A stretch of DNA of 44,104 bases from Clostridiales bacterium (GTDB lineage Bacteria > Bacillota > Clostridia > Saccharofermentanales > Saccharofermentanaceae): the NCBI GenBank assembly GCA_017513085.1, contig JAFWDK010000004.1, positions 1-44,104 of the forward strand, written 5' to 3'. This document shows positions 27,490 to 36,600 of the stretch, one piece after another. Under the pieces are notes generated by a model, which made no database searches, was not told the origin of the DNA, and saw nothing but the letters and a program-made list of their open reading frames with translations. Position 1 is the stretch's first letter, and each line of letters begins with the position of its first letter. Both the position numbers and the translations under genes were made by a program.

Positions 27490-28101
27490 ATGGCAAACAA
27501 CAGCGGGAACACGATCGATCGGTCTATCGAAAATCCTACATCTGCGTCAAAGGGAGACAATACTGCCGGAAAGTGGAAGACACTGGACATTGCGTACATT
27601 GCCATCGGGGCGGCCTTGATCGCGATCTGTTCCTGGATCAGCATCCCCATGTCGGTTCCCTTCACGCTTCAGACTTTCGCCGTCTTTGCGGTGCTACTCC
27701 TGCTTGGCGGAAAGCGGGGATCGCTTTCTGTCGTAACCTACATTCTTCTCGGCGCGATCGGCGCGCCGGTCTTTTCCGGATTCAACAGTGGCGTTGGCGT
27801 GCTGCTCGGCACGACAGGCGGATATATCCTGGGCTTTTTGCTGATGGGTCTGATCTACATCCTTTTCGAGAAGTTTCTGCCGAAGAAGTTTTTGATCGAA
27901 ATCGCAGCGTTGCTGCTCGGTCTTGTTGTCTGCTATGCTTTCGGAACAGGATGGTTTATGTACATCTATACGAAAAAGACAGGAGCTGTGGGTCTTATGA
28001 CAGTCCTGTCCTGGTGTGTGTTCCCGTTCATTCTGCCTGATCTGATCAAGATGGCACTGGCCTTTGTCCTCGCCAAGCGCGTCAAGCCGGTCATTAAGTG
28101 A
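27490..28101 (+). CDS. bioY: Biotin ECF transporter S-component
   Basis: VPFTLQTFAV, LGAIGAPVFSG, TGGYILGF, PFILPDLIK; BirA operator upstream. Confidence 0.95.
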   Translation: MANNSGNTIDRSIENPTSASKGDNTAGKWKTLDIAYIAIGAALIAICSWISIPMSVPFTLQTFAVFAVLLLLGGKRGSLSVVTYILLGAIGAPVFSGFNSGVGVLLGTTGGYILGFLLMGLIYILFEKFLPKKFLIEIAALLLGLVVCYAFGTGWFMYIYTKKTGAVGLMTVLSWCVFPFILPDLIKMALAFVLAKRVKPVIK

Positions 28102-28320
28102 GATCCCGCGCGCCTTGCAAACCACCGCACGGCGCGGATTTTTGGCCCGCGAGCTCCGTTGGCAAAAAAGGAATCGGCTCAAAATCGCACTGCTGAAGTG
28201 TTACGCGCGCCCGGTTGGCGGGACCGAGGGCTCATGGAGCAGTTCACGGAGCAGATAGAAGCGAGAAAAATCTGTTCTTATCTGACATGAAGGGCGGGGA
28301 GCATGGGCGGATTTCAGCGA

Positions 28321-28517
28321 TTTCATACTTTTTCACGAAAAAACCGGAAAAGGTATGTATTTTTCCTATACCCCTCCCAATAAATCGAGTAAATCGTGGA
28401 ATAGTGACTTCAAAATGATAGATAATGCCGGTATTTTGATAGGTTGCAGTGCTTTGCAATCACTTTTAACGGGAAAAATACATCCTTTTGGCCGGAAAAA
28501 ATCCAAAAAGTATGAAA
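28321..28517. repeat. Long imperfect inverted repeat (~46-bp arms, ~105-bp spacer)
   Basis: TTTCATACTTTTT...AAAAGGTATGTATTTTTCC (28321-28366) versus GGAAAAATACATCCTTTT...AAAAAGTATGAAA (28472-28517). Confidence 0.8.
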
Positions 28518-28645
28518 ATAGCTTGTAAAAAGCACCCGCATACCCCCGGGGGGGTATACACAAGAGGGGCCGACTCGCTCTCGCCCACAAGAAAAGAGGC
28601 CATCTCATCACATGAGACGACCCCATTCCCAAAAACAAACTACGA

Positions 28646-29203
28646 TCAATTCGCGACAGGTGCTTTTGTTTTAGACTTCGACTCGACAAGCTTCAAGAAA
28701 AGCTTGCGGATGCCGCATTTCCAGCACAGGATCATGCCGAGGACTGCGCCGAGTGCACCCTGCGCGATCTCATACGGAAGCTTGATCATTGCATATTCAA
28801 AAGTGCTGTAGACGAATGTCTTACCAAGTGTATAGCCGACCACCATGATCACTGCGCCGACAGAAACACCGATGCCGGACGCGATCTTCGGGTGATCCTT
28901 GAGAGTGTGGTGGGAGATCAGGGAGATGACAACAGCCTGAAGTCCGTGTGTGACCAAAGAAACAAACATCGGCAGCGGATAGAAGATCATGTCGCCGAAG
29001 AAAGAGCCGAGTCCGCCCACGGCGAAAGCCTCTACCGGATTCAGTAAGATCGAGGCCAGACAGATGATCACGTCACAAAGATAAAGATGTCCGCCCGGAA
29101 CCGGGATCCCGAAAGATGCCATGGCGATCGTCAATGCCATAAAGACTGCAGTTAAAGTGATTCGGATCGTTGCTGTATATTTTCCTCTATTCATATTGCT
29201 CAT
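28646..29203 (-). CDS. ECF transporter S-component, likely for vitamin B6 (PdxU/HmpT-like)
   Basis: IPVPGGHLYLCD, GGLGSFFGD, hydrophobic 185 aa; divergent from a MocR regulator. Confidence 0.8.
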   Translation of the reverse strand: MSNMNRGKYTATIRITLTAVFMALTIAMASFGIPVPGGHLYLCDVIICLASILLNPVEAFAVGGLGSFFGDMIFYPLPMFVSLVTHGLQAVVISLISHHTLKDHPKIASGIGVSVGAVIMVVGYTLGKTFVYSTFEYAMIKLPYEIAQGALGAVLGMILCWKCGIRKLFLKLVESKSKTKAPVAN

Positions 29204-29257
29204 GCTCCTTTACTTGCTACGAACAAAAGAGTATCATGTGACTGAACATATAGAAAT

Positions 29258-29288
29258 GACCAGAATTGAAGAAAATTATAAGACCAGA
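29258..29288. promoter_or_regulatory. MocR/PdxR-type direct-repeat operator
   Basis: GACCAGA at 29258 and 29282 in the short divergent intergenic region. Confidence 0.55.
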
Positions 29289-30364
29289 TGAATTATTCAA
29301 TTAATAAAACTTCAGACGATCCTGCATACATTCAGTTGTATCATTACTTTGTCAAAGATATTGTTGCCGGCGTCTACCCCTATGGCACCAAGCTTCCGTC
29401 CAAGCGTGTCATCGCCGATGAGACAGGCGTCAGCGTTATTACTGTAGAACACACGCTCACCCTTCTTAACGAAGAAGGTTATGTCCGGACGCGCCAAAGA
29501 AGCGGTGTATTCGTGACATATCGAGGAGAGGATTTTCTCAGTGAATCGTCTCCGAAAACACCTCTGATACTGGAAAAAGACGAAAAACCCATGGATTATG
29601 GAGAATTTCCGTTTTCCACGCTTGCCAGAACCATGCGAAAAGCACTTCTGGACCATGGGGAGAATATCCTGATTAAGTCGCCGAATCATGGCTGTGCGGA
29701 GCTTCGAAATGAGATATGCCTGTATCTGGCAAGGAGCCGAGGCATTACGGTGGAGCCTTCCCAGGTCATTGTCGGTTCCGGATCCGAGTACCTGTACGGA
29801 CTTATCGCGCAACTATTGGGAACAGAAAAAATATTTGCCATAGAAGACCCTTCGTATAAGAAGATCCGACTTGTCTATGAGGCCATGGGGATCACGTGTG
29901 ATCCGCTTCCCATGACGCCGGAGGGAATCTCCAGCGGAAGTCTTAGGAAGACCAGGGCACTGGTCCTGCATGTCACGCCGTTTCACAGCTTCCCTTCCGG
30001 TGTGACGGTCGGTATTTCAAAAAAACTCGAGTATCTGCGCTGGGCGGCAAAGCGCGGCGGAATCCTGATCGAAGACAACTACGACTCTGAACTCACGATT
30101 TCGAAAAAAGCAGAGGATCCGTTGTTTTCCATGGATCCGAAAGTCGATGTGATCTACTTGAATACTTTTTCAAGAACGCTTGCCCCCTCGATGCGTATCG
30201 GATACATGATCCTTCCGAAGAGTCTTGTAGAGCCATTTCAGAATAAACTTGGTTTTTATTCCTGTACTGTACCGATCTACGAACAGTATGTCCTGGCCGA
30301 ACTTCTCCGCAGTGGTGATTTCGAACGCCATATCAACCGCGTGAGAAGAAAGAGAAGAAAATGA
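29288..30364 (+). CDS. MocR/GabR-family regulator (PdxR-like), short form
   Basis: GntR wHTH KLPSKR..A...GVSVITV; aminotransferase-like IEDPSY, VTPFHSFPSG, IEDNYDSE, TFSRTLAPSMRIGY. Confidence 0.9.
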   Translation: MNYSINKTSDDPAYIQLYHYFVKDIVAGVYPYGTKLPSKRVIADETGVSVITVEHTLTLLNEEGYVRTRQRSGVFVTYRGEDFLSESSPKTPLILEKDEKPMDYGEFPFSTLARTMRKALLDHGENILIKSPNHGCAELRNEICLYLARSRGITVEPSQVIVGSGSEYLYGLIAQLLGTEKIFAIEDPSYKKIRLVYEAMGITCDPLPMTPEGISSGSLRKTRALVLHVTPFHSFPSGVTVGISKKLEYLRWAAKRGGILIEDNYDSELTISKKAEDPLFSMDPKVDVIYLNTFSRTLAPSMRIGYMILPKSLVEPFQNKLGFYSCTVPIYEQYVLAELLRSGDFERHINRVRRKRRK

Positions 30365-30479
30365 GGCGAAAGTGGGTAAATTGCCACCAAATATGGTCGA
30401 AATCAGTTTAGAGACCTTGATTACAAGTCTATTTTGAAAATGTAATGTAAATAAAATATGAATGCCACCCCCTCCGATA

Positions 30480-30508
30480 TGGCAAGATTTATTTAGAGGT
30501 GCTATAAT
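30480..30508 (+). promoter_or_regulatory. Pilus operon promoter
   Basis: TGGCAA-N17-TATAAT with an extended TG. Confidence 0.6.
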
Positions 30509-30600
30509 AGACCAGTAATAATAGGCTTTTTATCGAGTTCTGAGGGGTTAGTTAAAGTTAACAGAACTCGAGAAAGAACACATGAAAGGTGGCTGATTCT

Positions 30601-31902
30601 ATGAAGAAGAGAACAAGAAAGCTAGCCAGCATTCTGACCGCAGCGGCTATGCTTACATCCTTAAGTGCGGCAGTGTGGGCCGATCCGGCACAGATAGGTT
30701 CGAATGGAACTGTGACATCGGCAGAGACATCCGTTTATATTGCAAAGAGTATCAATGTAACGAATCCTTTGGATACCACAGTATATTCGCCGAGCACAAC
30801 TTATACCTACTCGATTACGCCAGCAACTGTAGCAGCTAATTCTACAGTTACTGATGCGGACGGTCATACCGGTAAAGTTGTTGCAGGCGTTAATGGCGGT
30901 GCTGTTTTGGATGCAACAACATTAACACTTAATTCGACTGCAGTTACTGCTAACCAGGATACAGATGAAGTGACAGGAAATATCAAGGTCAACATTGATC
31001 TTTCTGTTTTTACTGAGCCGGGTATCTATCGTTATAAGATTACAGATGAAACGACAGATGCGATTCTCCATAACTCCGGATTGGAGCGTTCCGCGGAGTA
31101 CGATACAGTAAGATATCTGGACGTTTACATTAAACGTGATGCGACATCCGGTGATCTTGTTGTGCTTGGTTATGCACTTTTTAACGGTAAAGTTCTTGAT
31201 GTAGATGGAAATGGCGAGACTGAGGTTAGTGTAGCTACTAATACAGCAAAATCTACAGGTTATGTTAGTGGTTCTGAACCTGGTACCGGTACGGATAATC
31301 TTTCCCTTACAGATATTTATCGCACATACAACGTTACCATTACTAAGCAGGTTACCGGTGAAATGGGTAACAAGACTCATCCGTTCCCATTTACGATTGC
31401 AGTAAACAGTAACGGAACAAACTCGCACTACTTTGCAGGATTGTCTGGAAGTACAGCTGCAAATCCGGTTGCAACAAATTCGATTTCAACACAGCTAACT
31501 CATGGTCAGACATTCCAGATCATCGGTCTTTCTCCGCTGGATACAGTAAATGCTACTGAGACGAACGACACTTATGATACATACACCGTTTCTGTAGATA
31601 ACGCAGATGGCAATATTGTTCCCGGAACACCACGTTCCAACGGACAGACTCTTGCAGTAGCGGATACTCCGTTCCAGGTATCGACATACGATACGACTGC
31701 AGGAACACATGGAACAAGTGCATCCGTTCCGAACGATACACTTACGTTCACGAACAACCTCGCTGCAATTTCCCCGACAGGCGTCATCATTCGTTCCCTG
31801 CCGTATGTAGCCATGGTTGTGATCGCAGGTGCAATGCTTGTTGCAATCAAGATGCTTAATAAGTCCGAGAAGAAGGAGGAGAACAAGAACGAAGCCAACT
31901 GA
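30601..31902 (+). CDS. Backbone pilin (FCT/Spy0128-like), class B sortase substrate
   Basis: Signal peptide; FTEPGIYRYKITDE; TITKQVTGEMGN; sorting signal ISPTG, TM helix and charged tail. Confidence 0.85.
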   Translation: MKKRTRKLASILTAAAMLTSLSAAVWADPAQIGSNGTVTSAETSVYIAKSINVTNPLDTTVYSPSTTYTYSITPATVAANSTVTDADGHTGKVVAGVNGGAVLDATTLTLNSTAVTANQDTDEVTGNIKVNIDLSVFTEPGIYRYKITDETTDAILHNSGLERSAEYDTVRYLDVYIKRDATSGDLVVLGYALFNGKVLDVDGNGETEVSVATNTAKSTGYVSGSEPGTGTDNLSLTDIYRTYNVTITKQVTGEMGNKTHPFPFTIAVNSNGTNSHYFAGLSGSTAANPVATNSISTQLTHGQTFQIIGLSPLDTVNATETNDTYDTYTVSVDNADGNIVPGTPRSNGQTLAVADTPFQVSTYDTTAGTHGTSASVPNDTLTFTNNLAAISPTGVIIRSLPYVAMVVIAGAMLVAIKMLNKSEKKEENKNEAN

Positions 31903-31940
31903 GAGTTGACTGACTGATTCTTGTTTCTTCGTAGCAGCTG

Positions 31941-32474
31941 ATGTTGAAAGAGAAGCTTAAGCATATATGGAAAGTTCTTTCGGAATCGAAGGAAGGACTT
32001 AGAAAGTTTGTGCGAAACAGCTTCATCATAGTGATTGGTCTTTGGATCATGTTCGCTTTCGTAATCGGAGTGGACTCTGTCCAGTCGTATGATATGTCAC
32101 CTGCTTTAAACCTAGGAGACCGGCTCATCTATTCGCGCTTTGACAAGGATCCCATAGCACGAGACGTTATCGTGTTTAAAAAGAACGGGCAACTATGTGT
32201 TTCGAGGGTCATTGCGATCCCGGGAGACACTGTGGAAATTACCCCGGAAGGTTCCCTTATAGTCAATGGCAACTACATCATGGAAGATCGAATTAGTGGA
32301 CCGACTTATCCTTACACAGAATATGTACAATATCCTATTACCCTCGCAGAAGGCGAATACTTCGTGCTGGGTGATAACAGACGCACGGGCGTAGACAGCC
32401 GCTATTACGGTACTGTGAAAGAGGACGAGATACTCGGAACCTTGATCATAGTTATACGCCAGCATAATTTTTGA
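31941..32474 (+). CDS. Signal peptidase I-like pilus chaperone (SipA/LepA type)
   Basis: S26 fold motifs (PGDTV, YFVLGDNR, DSRYYG), but the catalytic Ser position is Asp (YDMSP) and the Lys position is Ser (VSRVI); located between pilin and sortase. Confidence 0.85.
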   Translation: MLKEKLKHIWKVLSESKEGLRKFVRNSFIIVIGLWIMFAFVIGVDSVQSYDMSPALNLGDRLIYSRFDKDPIARDVIVFKKNGQLCVSRVIAIPGDTVEITPEGSLIVNGNYIMEDRISGPTYPYTEYVQYPITLAEGEYFVLGDNRRTGVDSRYYGTVKEDEILGTLIIVIRQHNF

Positions 32475-32488
32475 GGTAGAGCAAAGAT

Positions 32489-33661
32489 ATGGCATTTGCT
32501 TCAGTATTAAAAATAGTAAATTCTATCCTTTCCGGTGTGGCGACTGTCACCGCAGTGTCGGTGATGGCCTTCTCCGGCTATATGCTCTATGAGGACAATT
32601 ATATTCAGAATAAAGCCTATGGCATGCAGTCCATCGATTATAAACCGGTCGTAACGGAGGACTCCGTATCGGTCGATGAACTTCTTGATAACATCCCGGA
32701 TGCAAGAGGATGGATCACAATGGACGGCACGCATATCGATTATCCGGTCGTACAAGGTCCGGATGACCTGTACTATGTAAATCGAGATGAGTACGGCAAC
32801 CCGTCTCTCTCTGGATCAATTTACCTTCAGGCGAAGAACCAGCCTGATTTCTCCGACTCCTACAATCTATTGTATGGCCACCACATGGATAATGGAGCGA
32901 TGTTCGGAGATCTCACCAATTTCATCGATGCGGAGTATTTTAACAGCCATCTTACAGGTACGCTCGTAACACTGAAAGAAGCCTATTCCATTGATGTCGT
33001 TTCGCTCGTGCGGACCGACGCTTACGAAAAAGCACTGTACGATAGAACTTCGCTGGATTGGGATGAGTATGAAAGTGAGATCCTGCAAAACGAAAATATC
33101 GAAGTGATCCGCACTAACCCCGCGATCACTTCGGCGGAGAAATTCATAGTTCTTTCCACATGTGAAGGTGTATCCACAGATGGACGTATCTTGCTGATCT
33201 GCCGTCTCGTTTCTACAGGTAAACAAGTCGATCCGACACCTACGCCAAAACCAGGTGATCCAACGCCCACGCCGAAACCTGATCAAAAAGGAACGGCGCC
33301 GATCGTGAAGACGGGTGATCCGCGTAACGACGGCATGGGCTGGGCTTTACTGAACCTTTGCTGCCTCATTCTTACGGCGACAACGATCCTGCCATATGTA
33401 TTTGAATCAGGCGGGAAGAAAAAGAAGCAAACAAAAATGAAGAACTATATAGGTCCTTTTGCCAATGTAATCCTAGCCATCGTGGCTGCTTACGTCTTCT
33501 TTACATACGAGAACATGAAGCTCCCGATGATCATGAAGGACCGCTATACACCTTGGATGCTGATCATCCTCGGTGTCGCGCTGGCGAGTGAAGAAATTTG
33601 CTCGCGACGCAAAAAGAAAGACAAAAATGTAGAGAAAGAGGAAGAGAAAGTCGATGTTTAA
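32489..33661 (+). CDS. srtB: Class B sortase with C-terminal PT linker and three-TM extension
   Basis: IDYPVVQG, LLYGHHM..GAMFG, LSTC, GR motifs. Confidence 0.9.
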   Translation: MAFASVLKIVNSILSGVATVTAVSVMAFSGYMLYEDNYIQNKAYGMQSIDYKPVVTEDSVSVDELLDNIPDARGWITMDGTHIDYPVVQGPDDLYYVNRDEYGNPSLSGSIYLQAKNQPDFSDSYNLLYGHHMDNGAMFGDLTNFIDAEYFNSHLTGTLVTLKEAYSIDVVSLVRTDAYEKALYDRTSLDWDEYESEILQNENIEVIRTNPAITSAEKFIVLSTCEGVSTDGRILLICRLVSTGKQVDPTPTPKPGDPTPTPKPDQKGTAPIVKTGDPRNDGMGWALLNLCCLILTATTILPYVFESGGKKKKQTKMKNYIGPFANVILAIVAAYVFFTYENMKLPMIMKDRYTPWMLIILGVALASEEICSRRKKKDKNVEKEEEKVDV

Positions 33662-36600
33662 GGGCAAGTGGATAAAATTGACACGCACTTATGTATCAAC
33701 GGTTCTAACCGCTTCACTGTTGCTGTCTCTTTTCCCGGCTGGAATGCTTCATTCCAGAACAAAAACATACTTCAAACCGGTTTCTGCCTATGCGGAAACA
33801 GATCCTTCAGAGGATGAGGAAACTACTGAGACTTCAGTAGATCCGACTGATGAGACTACGACAGAGCCGTCCGAAGAAATCACTGAATCTACAACAGAAT
33901 CGACAACGGAGCCGACAGATCCGTCGACCGTTCCTTCCGGTGAGGATACAACTGTTCCATCCGAAGAGGAGACGACGGAACCTTCGGAAGAATCGATAAG
34001 CGAGCCGTCTGAAGATCCTACAGAGGAGACGACTTCCGAGTCTTATACAGAGCCCTCTGAGGAACCGACTACAGCAGAACCTTCTGATCCGATCGAAACA
34101 ACACAAGAGCCGTCCGAATCTTCTTCCGAAGAGACAACGGAATCTTCTGCCGAGCCTTCGGAAACAGCAGGTGAGCCGTCTGAGTCGGCTACAGATTCTT
34201 CTGAACCAACGGAAGAAACCACATCTGAACCTTCCGAGGAAACTTCTACGAGTACTTCCGAACCTTCGGAGGAGACCACAACGACTGATCCGACAACGGA
34301 ATCCACGTCAGAGCCAACAGAAGAACCCACTACGGAAACAACAGTTCCAGGAACAGAGCCTTCTGAGCCGGAACACTATGAATCTGCTACGCTGAAAACG
34401 ACGATCGCGGACAGCCAGGGAAAGAAGTATTCCTTCACAGCTACATACACCATGGATTCCGGCCTGCCACAGGACGCAGAACTCCAGGTCAAGGAGATCA
34501 AGAGCGGAAAGTCCTATAACGCATACCTTGAAGAAGCCCAGGCAGCTGTTGAGGGCGGCGACATCGAGTATGTACATCTTTTCGATATCAGCATCGTCAA
34601 AAACGGTGTGGAACTTCAGCCTGCAGAAGGAACAGCAGTATCCATCTCCATCAGATTGGAAGATACAGATACAGACGACCTCAGCGTTGTGCACTTCCCG
34701 GAAGCTCCGGGTAACGGTAGTGCCGAAGTTATAGAGAACTCGACAAAGTCTAACGGTCAGACTACGACAGTAGAGTTTGAAGCAGAGAGTTTCTCGGTAT
34801 ATGCGATCATCGATGCACCGGCACCGGAGACGGTTACGCTTACTCAAGTAGCAAACCAGCAAGAGTTAACAGAGCATTATGACGATTCAATGGGATTTTT
34901 CATTAGTTATGGCTCTACCACTTACATAACCAGTGATTTGAATTCCAATAGTGCTTTTGTTGAGACAAGCAATATTAATGCGGCTTCTCGCTGGTATTTA
35001 GAAGCAGCTTCCGGCACGAATACGTATTATGTATACACCAAGATCAATGGTGTGAAAAAGTACATGTATAATAGTTCCGGAAATTTGATGGCTTTATCTG
35101 ACAATCCGACTACGGCATTTGTAATTAGCGAGGCTGCGGCAAAGAAATTCTACTTCAAAAAAAGTAACGAGAATAAGTGGCTTCAACATTCTAACGGTGG
35201 TAAAGGTATCCGTTTGTATACTGATAATAACACAGCCGCAAATTCTCAGTTGAGTCTTACATATGTTTCTTCTCTCAAAGGTGCTCACGACTATTACCAG
35301 TTGGACGGAAAGACATATAGCATCACGTACCATGAAGAGAGCGTCAAAGGTGCAGGACTCATGGCGCATGGAAAGACAGTAAATTCACAGCAACGCCTTA
35401 CAGCAATTGAACTTCTTGTACGTCCGAACGCTTTGGAAGATGGTGAACTCTTAGTTGCCAAGGATAGTGATCTGACGGACTGGACTTTTGAGTGTATTGA
35501 TGGTAGCACATACTATATCACGACTATGGTCGGTGGAACAAAGAAATACTTGACTCTTTCCGGTAACAATCTGACTTTGGAAGATACACCTACGAGCAAT
35601 TCGCAGATTGCAGTAAAATCCGGAACAGGGGCAAATACAGGCAAATACAGTTTATCTGTCGGTGCTAGAGCGTTAACATTTGTAAGCGGAAGTGTTGCTA
35701 ATGGATTTGGTTCCACTTCTCTTGGAAGCTATTCCTGGTTATCACTTGCGAAGAAGACAACATTTACCGAGGAAGATTTTGTTATATACAGTGCTGAAAA
35801 AGTCAGTGTTTCCGATAAGGAGAAGGTAAAGAACGGTGATAAGATCGTTATATACACTCGTGTATGGAATGATACAAAGAAAAAATACGAGTTCTATATA
35901 GTTAATTACGATGGAACACTGATTCGTTGCTTCGAAAGTGGTGACATGGTGCAGTGGGTCGGAAATGACGTTAACACTGCACTTTGGGAGTTTACGGAGT
36001 ATCTTGGTGACGACGGTAATCCGAATTATTACTATGAACTTCAGAATACTTATTCGGGTAAATATATTGCTCCGCAGCTTCTTCAGAATCAGGTCCTTTC
36101 CGATGAGAAGCTTGGCATTAACCTGAATGGCCGCCGTTATGGTTACACATATACAACCGTTCTTGCTTGGAACGATGGTTCATACGGATATTCCAGCCTG
36201 GGAACCAACAATAAGCATCTGGCTGTTATGGACATGGATAATGCAGAGTCGTTCTTCTTTGCCATTATTAAACCAGAAAATGTTCAAGGCGATCTTTCAA
36301 CAGTAGATACCGTTGACCACACACAATACGGTATTACCATGAAAATGGTCGACTTTAACAACACTATTATTTCTCCCTCGGGTAATTCGACTACGGATGA
36401 ACAACAGCATCTGTTCTTCGGGGATAGCCAGTATGTCCAGTGGGTAGGTGTTCCAGGACTTCTCAGTACCGATTTGAAAGCAAATGATTATCCGGATTCG
36501 ACAAATACCGGAAGATCCTTGGCCGAACTCTATGCAAATGCGATAGATGTCAACCATCTGTTTATTGAGAACACATATTTCTCGAGCGGATATTATGAGT

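Noticed and set aside
28064-28811. Short ORFs across the bioY-ECF intergenic region
   Set aside because: No RBS, atypical composition, and they overlap the inverted-repeat element or real genes.
31941-32474. Active signal peptidase I (lepB)
   Set aside because: Catalytic Ser and Lys positions are Asp and Ser; pilus context favours a SipA-like chaperone.
33792-34374. CRISPR array or DNA tandem repeat
   Set aside because: Repeats are degenerate at the DNA level and in frame with protein low complexity; no spacers or cas genes.
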